This document shows positions 52,795-53,485 of a stretch of DNA of 53,485 nucleotides, one piece after another. Below the pieces are notes generated by a model. It was not told the DNA's origin and ran no database searches. It saw only the letters and a list, made by a program, of their open reading frames with translations. Each line of letters starts with the position of its first letter. Positions within the stretch are counted from its first letter, which is position 1. The position numbers and the translations under genes are program-made. The DNA is from a virus. Lineage: Duplodnaviria; Caudoviricetes. The DNA is taken from positions 1 through 53,485 of IMG/VR virus record IMGVR_UViG_3300025805_000002. One strand, 5' to 3'.

Positions 52795-53175
52795 TTTCCA
52801 GGAAATCCTAGAAACGCTGAAAACGTGGGACGGGTTCGGGGACCTGTCCGGGACCTGTCCCACCCACCTGTCCCACCTGATATTCAACATTTTCAGTGAC
52901 TTACGCGCAAGTGGGACAGGTGGGACAGGTATTTTGCTATACCATATATATCCCTCCCTCTGACCCCTGTTTTTCGCGATTTCTGGACCACAAACCGTGG
53001 CAACGCTAAGATTCCGTGATTTTCATCAACCTTCAACGACTCTATATAGCAAAATACCTGTCCCACCTGTCCCACTTAGAGGGTAAACCATTGAAAATTA
53101 ACGGAAAACAGGTGGGACAGGTGGGTGGGACAGGTGGTGGGACAGGTGTTCCAGCGTTTCTAGAAATCCTGGAAA
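52795..53175. repeat. Large inverted repeat with ~10 CTGTCCCAC/GTGGGACAG iterons; putative replication origin
   Basis: Perfect 33-bp inverted repeat 52909-52941 / 53045-53077 inside longer imperfect arms; AT-rich; directly after the primase. Confidence 0.75.
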
Positions 53176-53188
53176 TGACTGAAGCGAC

Positions 53189-53421
53189 CGAAACCGTTTT
53201 GGCCGCTCCCCGAAGCCCGTTTTCCCCTGGATGTCGACCTCGACCAAAACGGTTTCGGGGGTCATGTCCAAAACGGTTTCGGGGGTCATGTCCAAAACGG
53301 TTTCGGGGCACCCCCTGTGAGGGGATCACCCTGGACATCGGGGGTTTCTCTGCAAGATCAAGGGATTACGGGAACGCCAAAACGGTTTCGGCGCTGATAG
53401 GGGATCAACGAAACGGTTTCG
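53189..53421. repeat. Six CRAAACSGTTTYG palindromes, three at 24-bp period
   Basis: Copies at 53189, 53245, 53269, 53293, 53378, 53409. Confidence 0.9.
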
Positions 53422-53472
53422 GCCCCACGACAAAGCGATCCTGAGCAAAAATGAGAACTCTCGAACACCGGG

Positions 53473-53484
53473 GCTCCGCGCACC
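53473..53484. other. Putative cos site GCTCCGCGCACC
   Basis: At the window end; 11/12 match to the Chi cohesive end as I recall it (GCTCTGCGCACC); lambda-type terminase present. Confidence 0.6.
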
Positions 53485-53485
53485 C

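Larger units (their letters stand above)
1..53485. mobile_element. Chi-like siphovirus genome (lambda-type head, cos packaging), probable alphaproteobacterial host
   Basis: Full set of terminase, portal, capsid, tail, lysis and replication genes in Chi-like order; no bacterial housekeeping flank; no integrase seen. Confidence 0.92.

Noticed and set aside
53245-53305. 24-bp tandem repeat as a CRISPR array
   Set aside because: Intervening sequences are identical and too short; no cas operon (DUF2800 is a replication-module nuclease)

Overview
The window looks like a complete or near-complete (~53.5 kb, GC-rich) tailed dsDNA phage genome with Chi-like organisation. GapR-, CtrA-, GcrA-, GafA- and GTA-like domains point to an alphaproteobacterial, probably Rhodobacterales, host. 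The left arm (+ strand) holds early and accessory genes, nucleotide metabolism (HD hydrolase, intein-containing class II RNR, MazG, ThyX, DUF5664) and regulators resembling host proteins. The middle (- strand) holds a lambda-like head, a siphovirus tail and the lysis cassette. The right arm holds the replication module (SNF2 helicase, VRR-NUC, intein-containing PolA, C5-MTase-like gene, DUF2815 SSB, DUF2800 nuclease, HTH, primase-helicase), then a repeat-rich origin-like region and a Chi-like cos sequence at the right end. I saw no integrase, tRNA or CRISPR array. Main oddities: (1) a PolA intein whose HNH endonuclease is a separate gene nested in another reading frame; (2) an acidic D/E-rich '(L)EDVL' peptide at the termini of about 10 unrelated proteins; (3) at least 18 dispersed copies of a 13-bp palindrome CRAAACSGTTTYG, next to a ParB-like gene and clustered at cos; (4) a GafA-like/CtrA-DBD chimera among other host-regulator mimics; (5) a GTA TIM-barrel domain inserted in the baseplate hub. 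All family calls come from motif recognition by eye, not database searches.
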